Assembly: GCA_051294375.1 (NCBI GenBank)
Contig: CM119265.1
Span: forward strand, 168,376 to 232,375
Origin: Paraspadella gotoi
Lineage: Eukaryota; Animalia; Chaetognatha
Direction of reading: 5' to 3'
Length of the DNA stretch: 64,000 bases
How positions within the stretch are numbered: the stretch's first letter is position 1; every line of letters starts with the position of its first letter. The position numbers and the translations under genes are program-made. Positions 12,949 to 24,313 of this stretch are shown here, in pieces. The notes below the pieces were generated by a model. The model did no database searches. It was not told the DNA's origin and saw nothing but the letters and a program-made list of their open reading frames with translations.

Positions 12949-15900
12949 ATTGGGTGGAAGGCAGGGCCTTCACCCTCTACACGGATCACCAGAGTCTAGT
13001 GTCGGCCATTCGGAAGAAATCGGAGCCACAAACTGTAAGGCAGTCCTATCAGTTGTCAGCCATCGCTGAATTCACCACAGACGTTAGGTATCTCAAAGGG
13101 AAGGCTAACGTAGTGGCAGACGCGTTGTCTCGCCCAAACGCCCCATCAACAGCTTCATCAAGCGTCAATGGCAGCGTCAACAACAACAAGACTACTCNNN
13201 NNNNNNNAGCGCAGAAATCAGCATCGATCACAGCGCCAAAACTACTTTCGACAGCCCCAGTTTCAGCTCCAGCGGCAGAAGCAGCAGCAGCGACAGCAGC
13301 AGCAGCCTCAGCCGCCTCAGCCGAGAACAATCAGCAAGAGAAAAACCTGGAAGACCGACCAATCAAACAAGACCGCCTCGACGACGTCAACGCGGTAATA
13401 GCGTCATTGACTAATTTCGAAATTGACTTTGAGCAAATGGCTCAAGAGCAGGCACTCGATCCGGACTTTCAAAAACTCGCCGACGACGCCAGGACCGGCC
13501 TCACATTTCGAAAAATCAGAGTCGGAAACCAGGAACTACTCGCCGATNNNNNNNNNNGACCGGCACGCCCATTCGTCCCTAATTCATGGCGGCGCAAGAT
13601 CTTCGACGTTATACATGGCTTAGGTCACCCGGGCGTCGAAGCTACGCGCAAAGCTGTCGCCGCCAAATTCGTGTGGACTGGGATGCGTCAGGATGTGTCA
13701 CGCTGGGCGCGAGACTGTCTAGACTGTCAACGCGCCAAAATCGTCNNNNNNNNNNTCCCGGAAATCGGCGACTTCAAAGTGCCAGAGCGAAGGTTTCAGC
13801 ATCTCAACATCGACCTCGTGAAGATGCCAAAGTCAAATCGGTTCTCTTATCTATGACAATAGTCGATAAGATTTTCGCGCTGGCGACTGCTATACCTCTA
13901 TTGCAGAGCGGTAGATGGGTCTTCAACAGCTTATTCTGAGCGAGCCATTGCGAGATTTACCGTTGCTCTGCTGGTGGTCTGAATCTAGAGAATTGGGGTT
14001 CGATGATGACGACGGCCTGGACGTTGGGAGCTAGACGTGGTGGTCATCACGCGGAGAGGATTTCATAGGAGACGCAGAGTTGTAGGTCGACTCAGGAATT
14101 ATTCGCTCGTAAGAATTGTTAGCATTGTCCGTTTTGGTATGACTGATAGGAGTACGTGCTAGCATATTAGTGTTGGCAGCGGCATGTTGCTTGGGTTCCG
14201 ATGCCCAGGGCCTGGTCGGCGGTGGTCTGCGTGTTGGAGGGTAAGGTAGAGGAGATGTGAGGAGGAAATTGGAGTATCGTGCAGAGACCGAGTGAACGTG
14301 TGTGTGAACAGCGCGTTTGTCCGCGGTTCCGGGGACCGAGAGATGAGACTATTGACGTAGATTAAGTAAAGGCTTGCTCGAAACTACCCTCCGCAGGTGA
14401 AGCGGGAACTGCGATTAAGACGCCGTGCAATTCTGGGGAGTCAGGCTCTGCTTTATGGTGGATTCTTTACGCGGATTTTTATATTCGCTGTCAGGAGGCT
14501 GGGCGCACGGGTATTGGGTATTAGCGGGGGGCTTATAGCCAAAAAAGGGAATAAGGGGTGGCTAGAGGTTCCTGGCGTAGTGTCAGTGATCTCACAAGTG
14601 ATGCCCGCGGATGAGCCGGTTGGCTTGATCGGGATCAAGCGAGAAGAAGCAAGTCTACAAGGAGAGTTGTTGGAAACGGATGTTTCGGTCGGACCAAAGG
14701 GATCATCGCAACATAGTATTATCATATTAGCGGTCTTGGCTGGATCGGCAGGGTCAGGGTGCGTTCCAGTGGTCATGCTCGAGGTGGTCACTTAGCCCGG
14801 TGTTGTACAGTTGAGTACAGATTTGGTGAATGTGATGATGAATCTCAATCTTGTAGGGTGGATATAGGTTTGGTATTTGAGGGCAGTATACGATGCTATG
14901 GGACGTGCTGAAGTTTACTCCGCTTCTTGCTCTTTACAGTGTCGCGGTGCCCTTTGGTGTTGGCTCTGCTCCGAGGATTGATCCGTGTTTATAAGGAGGA
15001 GAGGTCGAAGAACTGGTTAGTATTCGTACGATTGGTGATAGGGGTGGGATGGTCGTCTATGGGTGTGGTGTAGTTGAGGATGGTAAGCGGTCCTGTTTGA
15101 ATTTAAAGAATTCCATACGGGGCAAGGGAGCTTATCGGAGTCTCTATGGAAAGATTCTTGGCCTTCTCTCTCGCAATTGAGTATGTATCTTGTTTGCCAT
15201 GGCTTTGTCTCCTATAACTAGAGAAATAGGAGTAAGACTTGTGTGTGTGTGTAGTGGACCCTGTTGTTGCTGCACCTGCGGTAGGATTTAGTTGGCTGCA
15301 TGCCAGTCGCCGGGATCATGATAATTTAGATTTGTTATGTCGTACGTAGAAATCGTGTTGATAGAAGTTTTTCAAAATGGGTGAGCATATTCATTGGTTC
15401 AGGATAGGTGGCATTTTTCCTGTGTCCGAGCGCTTCTAGTTAGCTATAGAAGGACATAGTGGAAATCGGATCTATCTGTTGTATCCTCATAGGCTTTACT
15501 AGCTGAGTAGACTATGTTGTTCTGTGACCTTCCCATTTATTTATTTTTAATTGGTGTAAGATAGCGCTGATTCATTGATATGACTTGTCGGAGTCTTTCA
15601 CATTCTTTGTAAGTCCTGGGTTTCTTTATGATCTCAAATTTTTGTGTGATGGTTCAAGTTTCGTGCCACCTTGGGTTCAGTTGTGGATAGGATTAAAAAT
15701 TTCAGTGACATTAGCGTTACATTCTGATGAGGTAAGTCGATTGGGAGATTAGCATCTTCGGGTACTTCGACGAGATATGAGATATCGACGCAGAGTAGTT
15801 TAACTAACGTGTTACCTACCACAGCTGTTGGCACACCGACTATAAGCTGCAAAATGTGGGGTATCAAATAATCAGAACCACACACCAGCACCCTGTATCA

Positions 15901-16160
15901 AATCCTCACACAGAGGCACGGGAATGGGTAGCAGAGTGAGATTTCTATCGAGGTCATAAGGAATCCTCTATAATGGCGAGTGGCGAAAGCGAGGAGATCA
16001 AGAAATTTGGTTTGGAAACTTGCACGTTAACTCTAATATGCAATAGTAACAATCTGGTCAAATGAAATCATGCCTACCGGTGAATCAATCGGGACAAGAT
16101 GTCTCTAGTTTTTGGTGAAGGAATGGCGGTTCCAGGACCTCTATTGTCCGCTGACGCCCC
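12949..16160 (+). mobile_element. pol: Gypsy pol fragment (RH-IN), interrupted by ~1.9 kb of unrelated sequence
   Basis: FTLYTDHQSL, ADALSR and HGLGHPG to ~13900; degraded WGIK, WFWKL and LVFGEGMAVPG resume at ~15850-16140. Confidence 0.75.
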
Positions 16161-16213
16161 ATGGGGGTGTCATGGCAGTGTTTTTGTGATTGGCTAATGG
16201 TATTGCTATTGGT

Positions 16214-16294
16214 GGGTTAGGGTTGAGGGTTAGGGTTAGGGTTTAGGTGTTAGGGTTGGGTGGGTATATGGTGGCGTTAGTTAGGGGTTAGGGT
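16214..16294 (+). repeat. Short degenerate telomeric tract (TTAGGG)n
   Basis: Directly visible. Confidence 0.8.
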
Positions 16295-18387
16295 TGCAAT
16301 GTCTTCTGCGAGTAGGAGCTGCATTTTGGATTAAGAGTCATGGCCGCTTCGGAGATTGACGAGGTCCCGGCTCGCAGTTCACGATCAGCGTCTTGCTCTC
16401 TTGCGTGTTGCCCTGCAGTCCATCAAACGACACAGATCTAGATCGCCTTAAAATCAATTTGACATAACTTTAATCGATTCGAAGCTCTTTTGTTTGCCTT
16501 TTTAACTCATTTACTTAGACACCAGGTGTTTTCCCGGCCAAACAGAAACAAAACGTGTTTGAATTTTTAACTTTAACTGATAAAAAACTGTTTGAAATCA
16601 ATTCTGTTGTTCTTCGAATAACTAAATGTGTCTCTGACATTATCAATCCGTTTTTATCTCTCCTCTACTAATATGTAAAGAAATTACATTAATTGCAAAG
16701 GGAGGTGAAAAACGTTTTGTTACATCAAACACAAGATTTCATAGCTACATCTCAAGATTCTGTTAATAAGTCCGAACTTCGACTTTATTTTGATTCTTAG
16801 CAAACGTGATGTTTTTAAATTTGTTAATCGCGTAAGGGCACTCGAGTTTAAGTTATTGCAAACTAATGTTTTATTAACGATCGAAATCTCCCTAATCACG
16901 TGATGCAGTTTTCCCGTGCGGTTTTTGAGCCTCTCGTCTCGTGAGTAATTACACTCATCGTCTCATCACTTATATTACTCACTGAGTTGGTCCAACGCCT
17001 CCTTAGCACGCTCAGGCGAACTCGGAGTACGCCGGTTCCAAGCAACTTGATTGATTCCCTGGACACTCAGACCCGCCGTCGCGAGCCAGATCATCCGCTA
17101 CGAGCCGCCACTTGAAGCTCCGGGTCGCGTAGTAGCTACGAAGACTAGCCCATCACGCGCGTCAGCCTCATCGAGCACCGGGCGAGCATATCCTCTATCA
17201 AACATCTGACACAGCCCAGAGTATGTATTCATAAGACGACCGGGCCGTTAATCTCCCTTGCTCCACCTCCTTATGAAAAGGTCCCTTAATCGCGTCCGTA
17301 CATCGAGCGGACTCAACAGTGACGAGATCGACAATACCCGAAAGTCAGGGTCGACGGAGACGGTCAACATCCGCCCGAAGGGACAAAGCCAAACCTGGTC
17401 ATAGCGAAGACGAGAGGAGATAACAAGATTCTGAACGAACCAGAACCGCTGCGAGCCCAAGAAGGAGACCTGAGCCAGCGCCTGCGCCGACGCAAGACCA
17501 CAGAACAACAAAACGCCAGCGCATTCCAAGTTCAGAACTACTCGAATCGAAAGAACCGCTTTCAGAAATCTATCATGTTCCCGACTTACTCATCAGCAGC
17601 CACCCTGAAGCGGCCTCTCCTCCTCCGTCAACTCCTTCCTCCTCTTTCCTCACCCCACCCCCCTCTACCCACCTCGACCCGACTCATACACCTCTCATTT
17701 CAAGATCATAGGCCTTCCGGCCGCATCCCAATCGGCCGATCAAGTGAATCAATCCAATCGCCAAAAGCAAAAATCAAGCGAGACGATAAATGAAAAACCG
17801 AAGAAATGAGTCCAAAGTGATAGGTTTTCAAAGCCAAGCATGGAAAACTTTTCCCAACAAGGCCTTCGCCCCGACCTAACCCTATTGTTCGAAAGGAATT
17901 GATTGAAACGACAAGCGGGAGAAAAACACTGACAACAATACTAAAGAGACAGAAACAAAGACGAAAAACTCCTCCGCTGTGATCAGGCCGCTAGGCCCAT
18001 CTCAACTGTTTAAATCCTAGTCTTTAGCTGCACTGCCCAACGCAGCACCCATGGCGGGTGGCTTAAACAGTTGAAACTATTGTTTTTTGTATTATCTACC
18101 TCCATCTTATCGGCCCATGTAAAGTGTTTCTGAATTTAGCATATTTTTGTTTAACTCTTCACCAATTTCGGTATCGTACGAAATGGAATTATCTTACTAT
18201 TGATTCGCGTCATATGAAAAGTCAATCAAGTTAATCGGAGCGTCAATTTTAAAACCCGTTTAATTTTAAATCGATATTTCAATTTTAACATCATACTTTA
18301 CAAACATTCGTTAGACGACAACAAATTTTATTTTTGTAATATTATTCCCATATATTCCAACAGCGGGGGATGAAGCCGTCGAACGAA
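16295..18387 (+). mobile_element. Low-quality Gypsy remnant: LTR-like 16295-~17040, IN tail, 3' UTR, PPT and start of a C-family LTR (18371)
   Basis: Begins GGGT|TG; ACGCCTCCTT near the LTR end as in LTR B; ends CAACAGCGGGGGA-TGAAGCCGTCGAACGAA, identical to 23542-23571. Confidence 0.6.
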
Positions 18388-18578
18388 NNNNNNNNNNCAA
18401 AGAAAGGAGAAAAACGCCAAAAGCAAATCTGAAGCACATCCTCAAACCGGTCTTCAAGTGGAACCCAACCTTTCCTCAGGTAGGCAAGTTGGTGATTAAT
18501 ATTAGGCTTATTCCTTGCCTATTGTTGACCGCGTCTCTCCTCTCCCTTTTTCCAAACTCCTTCGCACGCCAATAACGG

Positions 18579-21525
18579 ATGAGCGGTCCCGCCGGCAACA
18601 CTCGCGCTCGACTAGCGTCGACGAGCAGTCCCAGCGACGCCGCGGCACTTCCGGCCGCCCAGGACACTCCCGGCGGCCTCGCTCCACCTCTTGCTCTCGG
18701 TTTTGGGCGCGGACGCCGTTCGCCTAACAACAACCCACCTCAAGGCAATTTCCAATTCCCTGCAGCTGCTCTAAGCCCCGCTAGGATGGCTACAGCAGCG
18801 ACACCCGATCCACAAACGGAACTGGTGCGCACTCTCACCGCCACGCTTTCTGCATCGCTTCAAAACCTCNNNNNNNNNNAGCCAAAACTTCCTGAATTCG
18901 ATTCCGACAACGTAGAACTGTGGATCCAGCGCGGTTGAGTCGGCTTATATCCGCGCCAGTATCGTCACGCCCAGAGAGAAATTTGCCCATCTGGAAGACA
19001 AATTCGCCGTCGGATTTAACCCACGCATAAATGCATTTTTATTTGGCGAAGCTACCGACGCCCGTTGGTCTGCCTTCCTCGACTACCTCAGGTCAGAGTA
19101 TGGAAGAACTCGCGCACAACAAGCTGCATCATTAATCGACGGCACTCGTCGCGAGAGTCAACGACCTTCACAACTGCTAGCAGTCATGAAGGAAAAAGCA
19201 GGCAATGTCACCGTCGATGACATAATGAAGGAGCTACTCCTCCGCGAGCTTCCCCCAGAAATACAACGGAGCTTAGCAGAAAGAGTCGAAACTGTCGACG
19301 CCGAGACCGCCGCCCACTTCGCTGACGCCTATTTCGACAAAGAAGGCNNNNNNNNNNATCCTACTAATTCTGCAGCGGCCTTCGCTATCAATACTCAGGT
19401 TCCACCTCTGATGCAAGAGGACACTCAACAAAACGACGACGTCAACGCGATAAATCGCCAACGTCAGGGACAAGCGGCTCGTCGACCTTTCAACAGCGCC
19501 CGTCGACCGACAGACCGACCGACAAATTTCGACAAATCATCAGCGAATCCTTCTCATCCTCAGCAATCGAAAACAACGAGGGTCAACATCTGCTTCTATC
19601 ATCGTAAGTTCGGCGACGCCGGCGATAAAGTTGTTGAAGCTGGATGTTATCGTCAATCAGCGGGAAAACGGGGGAAAGGCTGGCGGGAGGAGGTGAACGC
19701 CATCCCGACCGGCCCGATCAACGACAGCAAGGACTCTCTCCTTTTCGTTCACGACAGTGGTAACCGCCTCAACTGGCTCGTCGATGGCGGAGCCACTGTC
19801 TCCATCATTCCTCCAACGAAAAAAGAGAAGGAACGAGGAGAAACAAAAACAAAGCTTAGAGCCGCCAACGGATCCCCTATAGCCTGCTATGGCACCAAAT
19901 ACGTACAGGTCCGTATTGGGAGACGCTGTTTCCCTTTTATGGTGACCATAGCGGATGTCACACAACCCATACTTGGCTCTGATTTTTTAGCCGACCATTA
20001 TCTGGCCCCCAACCATCGCGATGGTTTTTTAATTGACCTGCAAGACTTTTCGACAATACCTGCATCCAAGGCAAACAAACAAAGCCCAATTAGAGTCAAT
20101 TTCGTCAATCAGGCCGACGATCCTTATTTTAAATTACTCGATACATATCATGATCTCTGCACTCCCTCATTCGAACCCAGAGAACCCAAACACGGGGTGC
20201 GACACCATATTCCAACCACTGGTCGCCCCGTTCAATCCAGAGCCCGCCGTTTGGCCCCAGACAAGCTTGAGGTCGCCAAACGTGAACTCGACAAGCTCTG
20301 CGAACTCGGAATTGCCCGCCGCGCAAAAAGCGAGTGGGCATCTCCATTATTGGTCGTCAACAAGCCTGATGGCGGCTACCGCGTCTGCGGAGACTTCCGC
20401 CGCCTCAATAACGCCACTCTCGATGACAAATATCCTGTCAAAACGTTAAACGACTTTAACGCCAATCTCAGCGGTAAAAAGGTTTTCAGCAAGATTGACT
20501 TGCTGAAAGGATATCACCAGATACCTGTGGCGGACGACGACGTGGCAAAAACTGGCGTCATCACTCCATTCGGCCTGTTTGTCTTCCCGCGTACCCCATT
20601 TGGGCTGAAAAACGCGGGTCAAGACTTTCAGCGCCTAATGGATGAGATCTTGGACGGATTACCTTACGCTTTCNNNNNNNNNNACGACATCTTGGTGGCC
20701 TCCAGAAACCACCAAGAACACGAGCAACACCTCAAAGAAGTCTTCGACATCTTGCACGACAATGGCCTTGTCGTTAATCGACAGAAATGTGTCCTGGGAA
20801 AACCATCATTGGAGTTCTTGGGCCACCGCGTCGACGCCAACGGCATCGCCCCTCTACCTGACAGAGTCGTAGCAATCAACAAAACTACTCCTCCAACTAC
20901 TATAAAAGAGCTTCAAAGATTTCTGGGCATGATAAACTATTATCGCCGTTTTGTTCCAAGAGCAGCCCAGCATCTCTATCCACTATTCGAGGCATTAAAG
21001 TCAAAGACTAGACCTCGAACCTTGGACTGGACACCAACATGCCAGGAATCTTTTGAAGCCATCAAACAAGCTCTTTCACAAGCCACGATGCTCTCTCATC
21101 CCCGCCCAGGCGCCGCTCTCGCCATCACATCGGATGCATCCAACACAGCCATAGGCGCCGTTCTAGAGCAGCGAGGTCCCCGTGGCTGGGAACCTCTAGC
21201 ATTCTTTTCCGCTAAACTGCAAAAGAACCAGCAACTGTGGCCGCCGTTCGACCGCGAACTCCTGGCTGCATGGAGAGCAATCCGTCATTTTCGCACAATG
21301 ATCGAGGGGAGACACTTCACTCTTTATACGGATCATAAATCTCTCGTACCAGCATTAGCCAAGAAGTCGGAACCTCACACGGCGAGACAAACTTATCAGT
21401 TGGCCGGCATCGCCGAGTTTACAACTGACATCCAATACCTCGCCGGCAAAGCCAACGTAGTCGCCGACTCGCTCTCAAGGCCAAACGTCGAGAAAAATCC
21501 AGATCCAAATCCTCCTCTCTCTCCC
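18579..21525 (+). CDS. gag-pol: gag-pol (Gag, PR, RT, RH) of element D, frameshifted
   Basis: LPEFDSDNVELW, ICFYHRKFG, LVDGGA, RT core, SDAS and ADSLSR; closest to element E. Confidence 0.88.
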
Positions 21526-22990
21526 CTTGATGGATCTGAAATCGACCCTTCGAATTCCGTGGCGACGCGCCCGGAGGCGGAGCGATGGAGGCGGGGACGG
21601 CGTCCGGGGCGGGCTGGCGGCGCCTCCGGCGCCGTTTTCGGCGTCGTCGGCCTCGTAAGCTGGTTTCAAAGCGGGAAAATCGATACATTTTCGCTTCCTC
21701 GCCGGGGGATTTCGATCCTGAATGTTAATTGTTCGCCGATTGATGACGCGGTAAGGTCCGAGAAAGGGCGCCGCGAGAGACGGCGCCACGCCCCTCGACG
21801 AACGTAAACGTGAGATGCATGCGAAGCGTCGGGAAGGTGGAATACGGGTGAGACAATGAGTAGTGGTCGGCGCTGGTTGAAGGCGAGCGACCTCGAGGCG
21901 CAAAATTGCCAACGTGCGGAGCGGCGCTGATCTCGCCTCGTCAGCGTCACTTCCGGTTTGGAGCGGAGATTAGATCGCCCGGGACGGCAATAGGGTTCGC
22001 CGTAGACGAGTTCGGCCGGAAGAGGCGCCTACGTCGGGGTTTGAGCGTCGTACGAATGGCGAGGAGGGCGCAGGGGAGGCGCCAGTACCATTCGCCTGAG
22101 TGTCGGCGCCTAGGGCTGACGAGAGATTCCTTTAAACGCCGATTGGATATCTCTCGACGAGCCCGGTTCGATTGCGAGTGATAGGCCGTGGTGAGATTGT
22201 CTAATTCCCACAGATGATAGCAATTGTTTCCATGTCGAGGAAATAGAAATTGCGAGAGCCTCGATCAGTCTTATCGTCGCCGGGACGCTAATGAGCTGAT
22301 CCACCCATGGACGAAGGGCGCGGCGACGGTTTTAGCGGCGATGTCTCTCATTGGGATGGCGATCGGCCATCGAGTAAATCGGTCCACGCGGCTGAGATAT
22401 AATTATACCCGTTTGAAGTGGGGAGAGTCACGATATCGACGTGTAGGTGATTGAAGCGGCGCTCTGGGAGCTCGAAGGTGCCGATCTCTGCACCGTGTTT
22501 CGCGTTGACCTTTGAGCGCTGACAATCGTGGCACTCTCTGGCCCATTTTGAGACGTCGGGCGCAGCATGGAGAGGCCAAACGAATCTCTCGCTCAGCGCG
22601 TTGTCGAGTCCTCTCGACGCCGGGGTGCCCGAGATTATGAATAGTGTTGAACACTCGATGGCGCCAAGAGAAAGGGACGAAAGGTCGAGGTGGGCCGTTA
22701 CTTATGTCGACGATTATCGACGTTTCGCCGATGGGAATTCGACGGAATCGTAGGCCTGAATTAGTGTCCTGGAGATACGTCGGTAGTCTGCATCGAGCGG
22801 CTGATCGAGACGGCCATCTTTTCGAGATCGACGCCTGTGTTGGAGGATCGAAAAGACGAGTTGATTGAAGCTTTGCTGTTTTCCTCTGGAACTTCTTCTT
22901 TTTATCGTTGACGACACTAATAGGGGCAGGTCTGGTGTTTGGGGGAAGAGAGAGAAGGGAAGAGGAGATGAGGGGTGGGGAAGGGGGGAG
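21526..22990 (-). mobile_element. Integrase region of the D/E type, inverted relative to the upstream pol; indel-rich
   Basis: Minus-strand GPPRPFVP, HNLGHPGVERT, LEVARLQP and GPYRV. Confidence 0.8.
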
Positions 22991-23090
22991 NNNNNNNNNN
23001 NNNNNNNNNNNNNNNNNNNNNNNNNNNNNNNNNNNNNNNNNNNNNNNNNNNNNNNNNNNNNNNNNNNNNNNNNNNNNNNNNNNNNNNNNN

Positions 23091-23113
23091 CCTAACCCTA
23101 ACCCTAACCCTAA
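23091..23113 (-). repeat. Telomeric repeat joined to a truncated element
   Basis: CCTAACCCTAACCCTAACCCTAA immediately after the gap. Confidence 0.85.
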
Positions 23114-24207
23114 AACGACAAGCGGGGGAAAACAAAGACAAAGACAATGAAACAGAAACAAAAACAAAAAACAAAATCCCCGCTGTTAGGCCTAGGCCTA
23201 GATCAACTGTTGCAACCGGTCTTTAGTCTCTTCTTCCAAGCGGCATCCAGGGCGGTGGCTACAACAGTTGATAGTATTTTTTTTGTTACCCAGTATTATC
23301 GCCTATATAATGTTGTTTTGAATTTTACATATTTTTGAAACTTTGTACATTTTTCATACTCGTAAGAACGATTATTTTTGCTTATTGATTCGCTTCATAT
23401 GAAAGTCAATCAAGTCAATCAGAGCGTCAATTTTAAAACCCATTATTTCAAACCCGATATTTCAATTTTTTTCATCACACTTTACAAGCATTCGTTAGAC
23501 GACAACAAATTTTATTTTTGTAATATTAATCCCTTATATTCCAACAGCGGGGGATGAAGCCGTCGAACGAAGAGATAATTTAATTATAAATCATCTGTCC
23601 GCTCCGGGGATCGAACCCGGTACCGAGAGTCCCGGGACGCCTGGCTTAGTGCCCACTGCCATCCGGGCGGCTTGAAATATCTTGAATCAAAAACCTGATT
23701 AATGATTTTAACTTCGATTCAATCTTTTGTTTTCCTTTCAACTAATGTTATAAAAACAAGATGGCGTTCGATTCCAAAACCTTTTGTTTGACGACAGTTG
23801 ATGTTTGAATCTCAGAAACAGATTGTTTTCAGTCTTGTTTTGTATTTCATGAAGAATACATTATTTGCGTTTTTACTCTCAAATCGTTTTAAATTCTCAA
23901 TAATAAATGTAATAAGTACATTTCTACATATTGGAGAAAAACTAATTCAAATCTCAAATAATGTTTTTACTCGATCAAAACAAATCTTTTAATCTCATCA
24001 AATGAAATATTAATCTCATCGATTTAATCTCATAAACTCATGAAACATTATTTTATAAACGATTGAAACAAATCTTATCTCGCTCACGTTTTCCCTGCAT
24101 CATTCAACGCCTACTCAAAAATTCGTGGCGCAATCTCTTTAGTAACGTGACGCTGACGTTGCGAAGTCCTTTCGTCAACTGTGGTCTCGACTTTAGTCCT
24201 TGCCACA
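23111..24207 (+). mobile_element. 5'-truncated element C: end of pol, 3' UTR, PPT, LTR 23555-24207
   Basis: KRQAGENKDK..KIPAVRP matches the end of pol G; PPT to 23554; TG...CA LTR. Confidence 0.88.
23596..23671 (-). ncRNA. tRNA-like Pol III module in LTR C (antisense)
   Basis: GCCGCCCGGATGGCAGTGGG...CCGGG-TTCGATC-CCCGG, containing a canonical B box GGTTCGATCC. Confidence 0.7.
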
Positions 24208-24313
24208 ACCCTAACCCTAACCCTAACCCCCCTAACCCTAACCCTAACCCTAACCCCCTAACCCTAACCCTAACTCTAACCCTAACCCCCCCCTAACCCT
24301 AACCCTAACCCTA
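24208..24313 (-). repeat. Telomeric repeat tract (CCCTAA)n
   Basis: Directly visible. Confidence 0.97.

Noticed and set aside
19186-21807. In-frame gag-pol fusion
   Set aside because: The CHCC knuckle is corrupted near 19630-19680, indicating indel errors; related element E shows the -1 arrangement.
21526-22990. Inverted integrase as a real rearrangement
   Set aside because: The segment is indel-rich, bounded by low-complexity C/G tracts and a 100-N gap; most likely a mis-oriented assembly piece.
23596-23671. tRNA-Sec gene (shares GCCCGGATG) or self-encoded RT primer
   Set aside because: No TCA anticodon arm or long variable arm, and its 3' end does not complement any PBS.
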